DNA from: Anaerotignum sp. | Lineage (GTDB): Bacteria > Bacillota > Clostridia > Oscillospirales > Butyricicoccaceae | Assembly: GCA_963620595.1 (NCBI GenBank) | Contig: CAVFAY010000005.1 | Span: 52,187-116,186, forward strand | Length of the DNA: 64,000 nucleotides | Reading direction: 5' to 3' | In this document: piece after piece, positions 19,838 through 29,706 of the stretch | How positions within the stretch are numbered: position 1 is the stretch's first letter | Layout of the letters: every line of letters starts with the position of its first letter | Made by a program: the position numbers and the translations under genes | Notes under the pieces: generated by a model | Database searches by the model: none | Seen by the model: only the letters and a program-made list of their open reading frames with translations | What the model was told of the DNA's origin: nothing

Positions 19838-21286
19838 ATGTCAGTGTTAAATAAGATACAGCCAGAGGGCGTATTTACAATTTTTGAACAGCTGTGTGCG
19901 ATTCCGCATGGTTCGCGCAACACCAAAGCGATCAGTGATTTCTGCGTGAACTTTGCGCAGCAGCGCGGCTTGCGGTATATTCAGGATGAGAGCAATAATG
20001 TAATTTTGTTTGCTCCGGCATCGGAAGGCATGGAACATGCACAGCCGGTTATTTTGCAAGGACATCTGGATATGGTCTGTGAAAAGACGCCGGATTGCGA
20101 TTTGGACATGGAAAAACAAGGCCTGCGCCTGAAAACCGATGGAGAGTGGATCTGGGCAGATCAGACCACGCTGGGCGGTGATGACGGTATTGCGGTCGCG
20201 TATGCACTGGCAATTCTGGACGATGCCAGCATCCAGCATCCGCCGCTGGAAGTCATTTTGACTGTGGATGAAGAGATTGGTATGCTCGGTGCAGCATCCA
20301 TTGATTTGGGTCAGATTGGCGGCCGCCGCCTGCTCAATATTGATTCGGAAGAGGAAGGAGTTTTGCTGACAAGCTGTGCGGGGGGCGCAACGGTTTGCTG
20401 CTCGATTCCGATGATGTGGAGTGTAAAGAAGGGCTTGCGCGTCAGCGTCAAGATTCATGGACTGCGCGGTGGTCATTCCGGCACGGAGATCAACAAGGGC
20501 AGAGCCAATGCCAATATACTGCTCGGACGCTTCCTAAATGAGCTGGACAAGGAGTATCCGTATGCACTGTGCACGGTAGATGGCGGACTCAAGGACAATG
20601 CCATTCCGCGCGAGAGCACAGCGGATATGATTATCTCTCCGGATTATTTGGAAGAGCTGCGTGCCTATGCGCAAAAGACGCAGAACGCATGGCGCGAAGA
20701 ATTTGGCGAAAATGATCCGGATATTGCGATTTCCATTGATGAAATTGGCATAGACAGTCACGAAGTCATGTTTGGCGATTGCCGCAGAAATACCCTCGCT
20801 GTGATGAGCCAGCTGCCTAACGGTGTGCAGGCGATGAGCCAGGAGATTGAAGGGCTGGTACAGACTTCCCTGAACTTGGGTATCTTGAAAACGGATTTTC
20901 GCGGCGTGCACATGACGTTCTCTGTGCGAAGCTCCATCAATGCAGAAAAAGATGCCCTGATGGAACAGCTGGCGGATCTGATGGCACGTTACGGCGGTGG
21001 CGCAGAGATAGAAGGAGAATATCCGGCTTGGGAGTATCGCAAGGAATCCAAGCTGCGCCGCATCATGACGCAGGTATACACAGAGCAGTATGGGCAAGCG
21101 CCGAAGATTGAAGCCATTCACGCGGGCGTAGAGTGCGGCTTGCTTGCCGGCAAGCTGCCGGATCTGGATGCGATTTCCTTTGGACCAGACATTGAAGAAA
21201 TTCATACGACGCGCGAGCGTTTGTCTATTCCATCGGTACAGCGTACATGGAAATTTCTTCTCGGTGTACTCAAGGCGTGCAAGTAA
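19838..21286 (+). CDS. pepD: Aminoacyl-histidine dipeptidase (M20C)
   Basis: LQGHLDMVCEK, LGGDDG, DEEIG, GGHSG, IHAGVECG. Confidence 0.93.
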   Translation: MSVLNKIQPEGVFTIFEQLCAIPHGSRNTKAISDFCVNFAQQRGLRYIQDESNNVILFAPASEGMEHAQPVILQGHLDMVCEKTPDCDLDMEKQGLRLKTDGEWIWADQTTLGGDDGIAVAYALAILDDASIQHPPLEVILTVDEEIGMLGAASIDLGQIGGRRLLNIDSEEEGVLLTSCAGGATVCCSIPMMWSVKKGLRVSVKIHGLRGGHSGTEINKGRANANILLGRFLNELDKEYPYALCTVDGGLKDNAIPRESTADMIISPDYLEELRAYAQKTQNAWREEFGENDPDIAISIDEIGIDSHEVMFGDCRRNTLAVMSQLPNGVQAMSQEIEGLVQTSLNLGILKTDFRGVHMTFSVRSSINAEKDALMEQLADLMARYGGGAEIEGEYPAWEYRKESKLRRIMTQVYTEQYGQAPKIEAIHAGVECGLLAGKLPDLDAISFGPDIEEIHTTRERLSIPSVQRTWKFLLGVLKACK

Positions 21287-21304
21287 AGAAAAAAGCAAGA
21301 TAAA

Positions 21305-21337
21305 AGGGAGAGCCAAAGTGGCTCTCCCTGATTTTTT
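21305..21337. terminator. Intrinsic terminator between pepD and tex
   Basis: AGGGAGAGCCA-aag-TGGCTCTCCCT then T-tract. Confidence 0.75.
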
Positions 21338-21343
21338 CTGCGA

Positions 21344-23497
21344 TTAGTTTTGCTTGATGCCGCGCATCGAAAGACTGATGCGCTTTCTGTCCGTATCTAC
21401 AGAGAGCACGACGGTCTTTACAACATCACCGACGCTCACAATATTGGATGGATGCTTGACGAACTGGTCGGACAGCTGAGAAATATGCACTAAGCCGTCC
21501 TCGTGCACGCCAATGTCCACAAATGCGCCGAAATCACACACGTTGCGGACGGTTCCGACAACTTCCATACCCGGCTTGAGCTGGCCAAGCGTCATGACAT
21601 CTGCGGAACGCAGCAGCGGTGCAGGCAGTTCGTCACGCGGGTCGCGTCCCGGCTTCTGCAGCTCTGCCGCAATGTCGTTCAAGGTCGGCACACCGACACC
21701 GCAGCGTTCTGCCAGTTCGGATTTTCCCGCTTTTTTGATGCGGTCGTTCAAATCAGATAATTGGTGCTCGGCAACATCCTGCTCCGTGTAGCCGCACAAA
21801 GACAACAGGGTCTTAGCTGCCGGATACGATTCCGGATGTACCGCAGTACGGTCAAGGACTTCTTTGCTTTCTGCCACACGCAGGAAACCGGCGCACTGTT
21901 CAAATGCTTTTGGACCGAGCTTGGCAACCTTGAGCAGCTGTTTGCGCGAAGTAAAGGCGCCATTTTTTTGGCGATACGCCTCAATATTCTTGGCGATTGC
22001 CGGAGAAATGCCTGCGATATGTTCCAGCAGGGAAGGAGAGGCAGTGTTCAAATCGACGCCGACCGCGTTCACGCAGTCCTCGACGACGCCGTCCAACGCC
22101 TGAGACAGCCGCGCCTGCGGCATATCGTGCTGATACTGACCGATACCGATTGCCTTTGGATCAATTTTGACCAGCTCTGCGAGCGGATCTTCCAACCGGC
22201 GGGCGATAGAGACAGCAGAACGCAGATTGACGTCAAAATCCGGGAATTCCTGTGCGGCGAGCTTGGACGCGGAGTAAACCGAAGCACCCGCTTCACTGAC
22301 AACCATATATTGAATTGGCAGACCGCTTTCACGGATAAATTCTGTCAAGAATTGTTCGGATTCACGGCTTGCAGTACCGTTGCCCAGTGCGATACAGGTA
22401 ACGTTGTTTTTCTCACACAACTGCTGCATGGTTTTCTTTGCTTCTGGAATCGACTTTTTGGACATAGTTGGATAAATAACAGCGGTATCTAAAACAGCGC
22501 CGGTCTCATCGACAACAGCCAGCTTACAGCCCATGCGATAACCCGGGTCAAAGCCGAGTACGACATGGTTTTTAATCGGCGGCTGCATGAGCAGCGGACG
22601 CAGATTGAGCGCAAACGTAGCGATAGACTGCTCGTTTGCCGTATCCGTCAATTCCTTGCGGATTTCACGGCTGAGGGAAGGAAACAGCAGACGTTTCCAT
22701 GCGTCCTGTGCCATTTCTGTCAGCTGTGTTTCATACGGATGCGGTTTGCGAAATACCGAACGACAGATGAGCTGAAGAGCGGCTTCTTCATCACAGACAA
22801 TATCAATTTTCAGCAGTTTTTCGCGCTCGCCGCGGTTGAGTGCGAGCACCTGATGGCTCTGTACGCGGCGAATTGGGCTGGAAAAATCTGCATATTTTTC
22901 ATATACCGTCTTTTCTACGTCTTTGCCGATGGAAGTCAATGTGCCGGTATTGCGAATCAACGCGCGCAGATGACCGCGCAGAGAGGCATTGACGGAACAA
23001 TCCTCTGCGAGAATATCCATGGCACCGGATAAGGCATCCTGCCACGTGTTTACCTCTTGCTCTGCTGACACAAATTCCTGTGCCAAGGCTTCGACAGACT
23101 GCTTGGTGCCGACAATCAGGCGAGTTGCCAGCGGCTCCAATCCTTTGGCGCGTGCGGCAGAGGCGCGCGTTTTGCGCTTGGGGCGGAACGGCAGATATAG
23201 ATCCTCGACAGCAGTTAGTGTGTCCGCGCTTTCAATGGATGCTTTGAGCGTATCGGTCAGCTTGCCCTGCTCAGAAATGGCGTGGATGACATCCTCTTTG
23301 CGCTTTTCCAAGCCGCGCAGATAGGTCACGCGGTCGGACAGCTGACGAATGACCTGATCGTCCATCGAACCGTGCATTTCCTTGCGGTATCGCGCGATAA
23401 ACGGGATGGTATTGCCCTCATCGAGCAGGGAAATAACATTTTGTACGTGTTCCGGGCGCAGATGGAACTCCTGCGCCAATGTTTCTATCATATTCAT
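21344..23497 (-). CDS. tex: Tex-family RNA-binding transcriptional accessory protein
   Basis: GNTIPFIARYRKE, DPGYRMGCK, EAGASVYSAS, IGIGQYQHD, C-terminal S1 (FGAFVDIGVHEDGLVHIS). Confidence 0.95.
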   Translation of the reverse strand: MNMIETLAQEFHLRPEHVQNVISLLDEGNTIPFIARYRKEMHGSMDDQVIRQLSDRVTYLRGLEKRKEDVIHAISEQGKLTDTLKASIESADTLTAVEDLYLPFRPKRKTRASAARAKGLEPLATRLIVGTKQSVEALAQEFVSAEQEVNTWQDALSGAMDILAEDCSVNASLRGHLRALIRNTGTLTSIGKDVEKTVYEKYADFSSPIRRVQSHQVLALNRGEREKLLKIDIVCDEEAALQLICRSVFRKPHPYETQLTEMAQDAWKRLLFPSLSREIRKELTDTANEQSIATFALNLRPLLMQPPIKNHVVLGFDPGYRMGCKLAVVDETGAVLDTAVIYPTMSKKSIPEAKKTMQQLCEKNNVTCIALGNGTASRESEQFLTEFIRESGLPIQYMVVSEAGASVYSASKLAAQEFPDFDVNLRSAVSIARRLEDPLAELVKIDPKAIGIGQYQHDMPQARLSQALDGVVEDCVNAVGVDLNTASPSLLEHIAGISPAIAKNIEAYRQKNGAFTSRKQLLKVAKLGPKAFEQCAGFLRVAESKEVLDRTAVHPESYPAAKTLLSLCGYTEQDVAEHQLSDLNDRIKKAGKSELAERCGVGVPTLNDIAAELQKPGRDPRDELPAPLLRSADVMTLGQLKPGMEVVGTVRNVCDFGAFVDIGVHEDGLVHISQLSDQFVKHPSNIVSVGDVVKTVVLSVDTDRKRISLSMRGIKQN

Positions 23498-23566
23498 AAA
23501 GAATCCTTTCGGGAAATTGTTTGATGATAAGTAAGACAGAGCCCATAAAAGAGCTCTGTCTTGTGG

Positions 23567-23845
23567 TTACATTTTAAAAATATCCGAATGAGAGCCTGTA
23601 TCTACTAATGTTAATGTTAGAATATCGTCTTCCAGAAGATAGACCAGAAGCCAATCTGGTTTAATATGACATTCTCGAAAGCCTTGAAAATTGCCGCCTA
23701 ATGCATGATCGCGGTATTTTGCGTCCAATGTTTTTCCTTTTCGCAGGGTATCGACAACTTGGTCGAGAAGAGAAAGATTAACACCACGCTTTTTCATTCT
23801 TTTATAACTTCTCTTATATGCTGTCGTGAATTTAATCTGATACAT
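23567..23845 (-). CDS. yafQ: Type II TA toxin, YafQ family mRNA interferase
   Basis: YRDHALGG..GFRECHIKPDWLLVY...DTGSHSDIF. Confidence 0.92.
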   Translation of the reverse strand: MYQIKFTTAYKRSYKRMKKRGVNLSLLDQVVDTLRKGKTLDAKYRDHALGGNFQGFRECHIKPDWLLVYLLEDDILTLTLVDTGSHSDIFKM

Positions 23846-23848
23846 AAA

Positions 23849-24121
23849 CTATTCTTCCAGAGCTTTCGTCAGTTCATCCATGCTGGTATAGCCCTGTACA
23901 TTCGGATCACGGGAAATGCGTCTGGCTTCATCCATCGCGGCTAAGGTACTGGCATTATAATGGGGCATTTCGATGCTGAACGGAATGCCGCCACGCAGGA
24001 CGCACTGATGAAGAAACAGATTGACAGCACTTGACATATCTAATCCGAGATTGTTAAACAGTTCATTTGCCTGCTTTTTTACATCCGCATCGATGCGGAT
24101 CTGAGTAGGAGTTGTAGCCAT
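23849..24121 (-). CDS. dinJ: Type II TA antitoxin, RelB/DinJ family
   Basis: QIRIDADVKKQANELFNNLGLDMSSAVNLFL...GGIPF; promoter TTGACA-17-TATTAT at 24144-24172. Confidence 0.92.
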   Translation of the reverse strand: MATTPTQIRIDADVKKQANELFNNLGLDMSSAVNLFLHQCVLRGGIPFSIEMPHYNASTLAAMDEARRISRDPNVQGYTSMDELTKALEE

Positions 24122-24189
24122 ACTGTCACCACCTTTCATTTATATAATAGCAGTTACGGTATACATTGTCAATCAAAAGTGGAATAAAA

Positions 24190-26973
24190 TTACGCTTCCG
24201 TCAGGGCTTGATACCGGCGCATCAGCTCTGCGACACAAGCGCTTTCGCTGGTGTATGCGGCATCGCCTTTCTTGATGCCGTAAGCTGCCAAAACTGCTTG
24301 GTCATTTCTCTGGTGTGCCTTGCGAAGCTCTGGCGGCATAGTCAGTTCATCATATAAGTCCGCTAAACTGCTGTCGGGATACAAGGCTCTCGCGTCTAAA
24401 ATGCCCTGCGCTGTCTGTTCAATCTTTGCCTTCTGCGCATCCGTTGCATCCGGCCAAGGGAAGTTGTTGTAGACGATATTAGCGGAGTAACGATAGTCGC
24501 TTTTTAATCTTCCGCATACGGCACGCATCCATGCCATATGGATATTCGACTCAAGAACACCAAAATGATATAGAGTGGCATCTGGAATGATGAAATTTAA
24601 ATCTGTAGATATTGTATTTTCATCAAGAAATCCAGCTGGAATATATTTTCTTCTTTCAGAGCTTACTTTAGGCATTAAAATGAAATTTTGAGGATTTTTA
24701 GTTTCTCTAAACAATGAAGGAGTGGATGCTAATTTTTGTCTATCTGCTGCGCCAGACAGCCTATCTTGTCTGCACAATTCAATGCGCTCCATAACCTTCG
24801 GCATTTTTCGCAACTCAACAGGAGAAACACCGACCAACCATAAACACCAACGTTTCTTATTATTGATAAATTCTGTTGACCCAACTAAGCGTTTAATATA
24901 TTTTTTAGAATTAGGTTCGGAAGAAACAAATTCCTCATATTCATCTTCTTCAATGATAAGATGCCCGCCGTCAGCAGGGCGATTTCCTGTAGTCATTTCA
25001 GGTATAGAGGAAAGAGGTCTGTTGAGATTATTGATAAATACATCTGGAGCATCAATTAAATATGCATTGATATTATCTACCGTTTGCATTCGATTTCCGG
25101 TAAACAGCATACGCGGTTTGGTATTGACTGCACAGCTAAAGCCGACAATGACGCAATGCACATGGGCTTTCAGATTGGCTTCGCTATCCCAAATAAAGGT
25201 GCGATGCGCAAAGTCAATATGGATACCGAAACGGTCATACAATGGTTTCCAAACGCCAGCGACCTGTTCGCCTTGCGTAATCGAGTTGGTAGAGACAAAT
25301 GCAGTGCGAATGGCGGTATTTTGCATGAGCTGAGCCGCTTTCCAGTACCAGCCGGAGACATAATCAATTTTTCCGGCAGTCTTGTACGGTTTGCCTTTTT
25401 CATCAATATAAATAGAAAGAATATCAGACTTTTGTTCCTTGCTCTGTAAAGAATATCCCACAAACGGTGGGTTGCCCATGATATAATTCAGTTGATTTTT
25501 CGGGACAACGGTTTCCCAATCAATGCGAAGGGCGTTTGCTTCCACGATATTGACGTAGGACTTGAGCGGAAGGAAATCAATGGTGTGGCTGATAATATCC
25601 TCGGTTTCCTTGAGCATTTGACTTTCTGCAATCCAGAGAGCTGTTTTAGCGACTGTCACAGCAAAGTCATTGATTTCAATGCCGTAAAATTGTTGAATCG
25701 AGACTTTAATCGGATTGTTGATGGTATCGCCCATGACCAACTGATCGGACAGGAGACGCAATGCCTGATTTTCCAAGCGGCGCAGGCACAGATAGGTTTC
25801 TGTCAAGAAGTTTCCGCTTCCTGCGGCGGGGTCGAGAAAGGTCAGCTGAGACAGCTTGTCCCGATACGCTTCCAGCTTTTGCTTTCGCGTTTTATCTACT
25901 TGAATCTGCTGAATTTCGTCCAGTTCTGCGCGCAGATCATCGAGAAACAGCGGATCAATGACCTTGTGAATGTTCTCAATCGAAGTATAATGCATACCGC
26001 CCTTACGGCGGGTCTCCGGATTCAGGGTGCTTTCAAATACCGCACCGAAAATGGTCGGACTGATGTCAGACCAATCAAAATCTGCACTGGCTTTTTCGAG
26101 CAGTAATTCGCGGATTTCCTCTGTGAACTGCGGAATTTCAATGTCCTCTTTGGCAAACAATCCGCCGTTGACATACGGAAAAGCGGCAAGTTCCGGCTCT
26201 AAATATGGGTCACGTTCTTCCGGCTTGGTGTCCAGCACTTGGAATAATTCAATCAGTGCTTTCCGCATGTGCCGCGTGTCAGATTCCTGTAGGTAATTCA
26301 GAAACATGTTGCGGGAACCGAAAATTTCTGCATCTTCTGCGTATAAGCAAAATACCAGACGAACGCACAGCACATTCAGGCTCTTTAGACTCTCTGGATC
26401 TTCCGGATTGTTGTACTGTTGGAGCAATGCATTGTACAGTTTACCGACAATTTCACCGGCGGCAATGGAGACTTCCATTTCCTTTTTGACTGCCTTGCTG
26501 TTTTCGTTCACAATGCATGCCAGCCGATGATATTCTTTTTCTAAGTCAGACAAACGAATAACTTCCGGCTCGCCGTTTGGATAATTGGTGTCGTATAAGT
26601 CAAATTCCTGAAAATTGCAGACGATAATCCAGCGCGGACGTTCTTCATACGGCAGATAGCCTGCGTATCTCTGCGCCTGCTGGTATGGCGTGAGGGAAGA
26701 ACCATCTGACTGCTTGTAGGCATGCTTTAACTTGATGTCCTTGCCCTTTTGCTCAATTAAAACCTTTGTCTGAGGAATATATCCATCAATAAAGCTCTTG
26801 TGACTCAATTGCACGGTTTTCTCAAATTGAATGAACTCTGTTGGACGGTCCACACCGAATACGTGCTGCAATAACGCAATCCAGAATACCTGTGTATCCT
26901 GCTTTTCATCGCCGCGCCCGTTCCAGTCCTCGGCAAATTTGCGTGCGGCGGCACGCTGTTCCTGCGCTGTCAT
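24190..26973 (-). CDS. MmeI-family (type IIL/IIG) fused restriction-modification enzyme
   Basis: N-term ID...LIEQK nuclease motif; YVNGGLF; GMHYTS; DPAAGSGNF (motif I); GNPPF (motif IV); STNSITQGEQ; GRLKSDYRYS; SLADLYD. Confidence 0.92.
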   Translation of the reverse strand: MTAQEQRAAARKFAEDWNGRGDEKQDTQVFWIALLQHVFGVDRPTEFIQFEKTVQLSHKSFIDGYIPQTKVLIEQKGKDIKLKHAYKQSDGSSLTPYQQAQRYAGYLPYEERPRWIIVCNFQEFDLYDTNYPNGEPEVIRLSDLEKEYHRLACIVNENSKAVKKEMEVSIAAGEIVGKLYNALLQQYNNPEDPESLKSLNVLCVRLVFCLYAEDAEIFGSRNMFLNYLQESDTRHMRKALIELFQVLDTKPEERDPYLEPELAAFPYVNGGLFAKEDIEIPQFTEEIRELLLEKASADFDWSDISPTIFGAVFESTLNPETRRKGGMHYTSIENIHKVIDPLFLDDLRAELDEIQQIQVDKTRKQKLEAYRDKLSQLTFLDPAAGSGNFLTETYLCLRRLENQALRLLSDQLVMGDTINNPIKVSIQQFYGIEINDFAVTVAKTALWIAESQMLKETEDIISHTIDFLPLKSYVNIVEANALRIDWETVVPKNQLNYIMGNPPFVGYSLQSKEQKSDILSIYIDEKGKPYKTAGKIDYVSGWYWKAAQLMQNTAIRTAFVSTNSITQGEQVAGVWKPLYDRFGIHIDFAHRTFIWDSEANLKAHVHCVIVGFSCAVNTKPRMLFTGNRMQTVDNINAYLIDAPDVFINNLNRPLSSIPEMTTGNRPADGGHLIIEEDEYEEFVSSEPNSKKYIKRLVGSTEFINNKKRWCLWLVGVSPVELRKMPKVMERIELCRQDRLSGAADRQKLASTPSLFRETKNPQNFILMPKVSSERRKYIPAGFLDENTISTDLNFIIPDATLYHFGVLESNIHMAWMRAVCGRLKSDYRYSANIVYNNFPWPDATDAQKAKIEQTAQGILDARALYPDSSLADLYDELTMPPELRKAHQRNDQAVLAAYGIKKGDAAYTSESACVAELMRRYQALTEA

Positions 26974-27122
26974 ATCATCATCCCTTCTTGAAAGAATACT
27001 TTTATTGTACCGACTATTCTTCCTCTTGGCAAGAGACGGCATAAAAATTCTTTCCTGCGTTCTTTCTCTGATGCAGGAAATATGCTATACTAAACATATC
27101 AAAACCAGAAGGATGTGAGCAC

Positions 27123-27956
27123 ATGAATCCTGCTTATGAAAAACTGACAAAATGTTATGAGAGCCTGCGTGCGCTGACGGATTTTCAGCCGAAATTTGCC
27201 TTGGTATTGGGCACGGGCTTAGGCGCATTTGCCGACCGCATTCGCGTCGTACAGACCGTTAGCTATCACGCGATTGAAGGATTCCCGACCTCAACGGTAG
27301 AGGGACACAAGGGACAGTACGTTTTTGGTTATGTAGATGCCGTTCCGGTAGTGATTATGCAGGGACGTGTGCATTACTATGAGGGCTATGAGATTTCCGA
27401 TGTTGTGCTGCCGATTCGTTTGATGAAACTGATGGGGGCAGAGATTCTCATGGTGACCAATGCGTCCGGCGGTGTCAATGCCTCGTTCCATGCGGGAGAT
27501 TTGATGCTGATTTGCGACCAGATTTCTTCGTTTATTCCGTCCCCGCTGCGCGGTGCAAATATTGATGAGCTGGGCGTTCGTTTTCCGGATATGACGGAGG
27601 CCTATGACAAAACGCTGTGTGAAATCATTCGCAGCACGGCAAAGAGAGAAGATATTACGCTGCAGGAAGGCGTTTATGTTCAGCTGCCGGGACCGCAGTT
27701 TGAGTCTCCGGCGGAAATTCGGATGGTTCGCGCGCTGGGCGGCGATGCTGTCGGCATGAGTACCGCGTGTGAAGTGATTGCGGCGCGGCATATGGGAATG
27801 CGCGTATGCGGCATTTCCTGTGTGTCCAATATGGCAGCCGGTATGACCGGCGGACCGCTGCTGCATGAAGAGGTACAGCAAAACGCAGATCTTGTGGCAC
27901 CTCGATTTGAAAAATTGGTGTATCAGTCCATTGTGGCGATTGCAAAGAGCATATAA
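27123..27956 (+). CDS. punA: Purine-nucleoside phosphorylase (trimeric type)
   Basis: LGTGLG, GRVHYYEG, TNASGG, GPQFESPAE, VGMSTACE, HEEV. Confidence 0.93.
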   Translation: MNPAYEKLTKCYESLRALTDFQPKFALVLGTGLGAFADRIRVVQTVSYHAIEGFPTSTVEGHKGQYVFGYVDAVPVVIMQGRVHYYEGYEISDVVLPIRLMKLMGAEILMVTNASGGVNASFHAGDLMLICDQISSFIPSPLRGANIDELGVRFPDMTEAYDKTLCEIIRSTAKREDITLQEGVYVQLPGPQFESPAEIRMVRALGGDAVGMSTACEVIAARHMGMRVCGISCVSNMAAGMTGGPLLHEEVQQNADLVAPRFEKLVYQSIVAIAKSI

Positions 27957-28058
27957 AAAGAGGCGCATCTGTCAGGGAGGACAGATGCGCCTTTGCGCAG
28001 GAGGGGGTGAACCTGCGCAAGAAAGGAGGGCATAGAACAAAAAATGTTCTGAAACAGG
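27955..28058 (-). ncRNA. Candidate 3'UTR-derived RNA with C-rich anti-SD motifs and terminator
   Basis: Hairpins at 27961-27992 (13 bp, loop CTCCCT) and 27993-28020 (9 bp, loop TTCACCCCCT), preceded by CCCTCCTTTC; U-tract on minus strand. Confidence 0.35.
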
Positions 28059-28059
28059 C

Positions 28060-28407
28060 TTAATTTTGCGGATTTGCACGCTTGAGTTTGGAGAGCGCAA
28101 TAGCGGCAGTGCGTAATTCCGATCCAACAGTTTCTGCCTGTGCGGGTGGAATATTTTCTGTCAATTGCGCGCGGCATTTTCTCGTGAGAGAATCTAAGGC
28201 AAAGACCATATGGGTGATCTCGTCTCGATAAAAGCTGTCATAGGTATGTGATGCAATTTTTTGCTTGGCAGAAGCAAGCGTTGTTTGCTTAGCGAGATCT
28301 TGTTTCGATGAAGTCCGGCGCTCTCTCAACTCGTTTTCCATATCAGAAAGGCATTTGAGGAGCAGATCAGATTCAGCCGGAGAAAGCGGAGTCTTAAGCT
28401 GTAACAT
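28060..28407 (-). CDS. Hypothetical helical protein
   Basis: 115-aa ORF with GAGGTG RBS; appears to be two similar helical halves. Confidence 0.65.
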   Translation of the reverse strand: MLQLKTPLSPAESDLLLKCLSDMENELRERRTSSKQDLAKQTTLASAKQKIASHTYDSFYRDEITHMVFALDSLTRKCRAQLTENIPPAQAETVGSELRTAAIALSKLKRANPQN

Positions 28408-28682
28408 GGAAAACACCTCATTTCAGATAAAGAATAAATGTCTAAATAGTAAAAATCTGCTCATTAAAAGACGCACAACACAACTTCAATCATATGCGCG
28501 GAAGAAACAATGGATGTATAAGATACTTTAAAAGTTTTTTTCTTATCCTGATTATAGCATAAATTTAACAATGGTTCAACAATGTAACAATTGTACAACA
28601 ATACAAAGTTATTTTTGCACATTTGTGCAAAATGACGAAAGTTGTGTCAAATTTTCGGATAGATGAAGAAAAGAGGAATGGT

Positions 28683-29267
28683 ATGAGGGAAATACGGACA
28701 GTTTTTCTCGGAGACAGTATCACAGAAGGATACGGCGTTTCACGTGGCGAAGGCTGGGTGGAACGCCTGCACGGCGGAGAGAACATCAATCACGGTATCA
28801 GTGGCGATACAACAACGGGAATGCTGCGGCGGTTTTCTGCCCATGTCTTGCGGGAACAGCCGGATCGCGTGGTAATTATGGGCGGTATTAACGACTTGAG
28901 TGAAGGAGGAAGCCTTCAAGCTGTGATACACAATTTGGATATGATGTATACGCGGGCAGAGATACATGGTATTGAGGTGGTTCCGGCGGTATGCGTCATG
29001 CCGGATTATCCTATGCTGCTGGAAAATGACTGGGTATCATATTATCCGGGAATTCAGATGCTGTCGCAGAATTTAGAGCGGCTCGCGGATTGGATTCGCC
29101 GCTGTGCACAGGAAAATGGCTGGCTCTGCTTAGATTTTGCCCGTGAATTTCCAAAATATACAGTGGATGGGTATTCTCGATATTTTTCGGATGGCACCCA
29201 TCCCAATGAGCGAGGACATGAGATTCTCGCGAGCATTGCGCAGCAACAGCTATTTCCACAGATATAA
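28683..29267 (+). CDS. SGNH/GDSL hydrolase
   Basis: FLGDSITEG, NHGISG, GGINDL, DGTHPN. Confidence 0.92.
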   Translation: MREIRTVFLGDSITEGYGVSRGEGWVERLHGGENINHGISGDTTTGMLRRFSAHVLREQPDRVVIMGGINDLSEGGSLQAVIHNLDMMYTRAEIHGIEVVPAVCVMPDYPMLLENDWVSYYPGIQMLSQNLERLADWIRRCAQENGWLCLDFAREFPKYTVDGYSRYFSDGTHPNERGHEILASIAQQQLFPQI

Positions 29268-29377
29268 CACGGATTTTACGAAACAAATACAAAAATTTAC
29301 ATTGTTCGGGGAGAAAAATTTACGCAGGCTTGGTATGATACAGACAAAGAAAAAGAGAGACAAAGGAGGAAACAAGT

Positions 29378-29593
29378 ATGCGTAACCCGATTGATAACTA
29401 TGTTTCGTATGATGAAGACGGCAGTATGAAGCTATCCATTCCAACAACCCTGTTCGGTGGCTATGACAGAATACAGACCTGTGAGATGATAGAAAAAGTA
29501 TCTGATTATTATAAACAGCGCATTATGAAGCTGATGGATGATTTGGCAGAGCAGCAGGAAGAAAATGATCGCTTGCGTGCAAAAGTAGGCTAA
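29378..29593 (+). CDS. Small coiled-coil protein with DivIVA-like motif
   Basis: AAGGAGG RBS; LFGGYDRIQT..MIEK followed by heptad coiled coil. Confidence 0.6.
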   Translation: MRNPIDNYVSYDEDGSMKLSIPTTLFGGYDRIQTCEMIEKVSDYYKQRIMKLMDDLAEQQEENDRLRAKVG

Positions 29594-29706
29594 ATTCGTT
29601 AGATTTGTGTTAAAAATTCTATAGAATTGCAAACAAAGTCCCAGTTTTGGGGCTTTTGTTTTTTTTATGAGGTATACTATATAGTATAGAAAGGCAGGTG
29701 TGTTCA

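Noticed and set aside
24190..26973. Invertible/shufflon TRD system
   Set aside because: No silent TRD cassettes, inverted repeats or recombinase adjacent.
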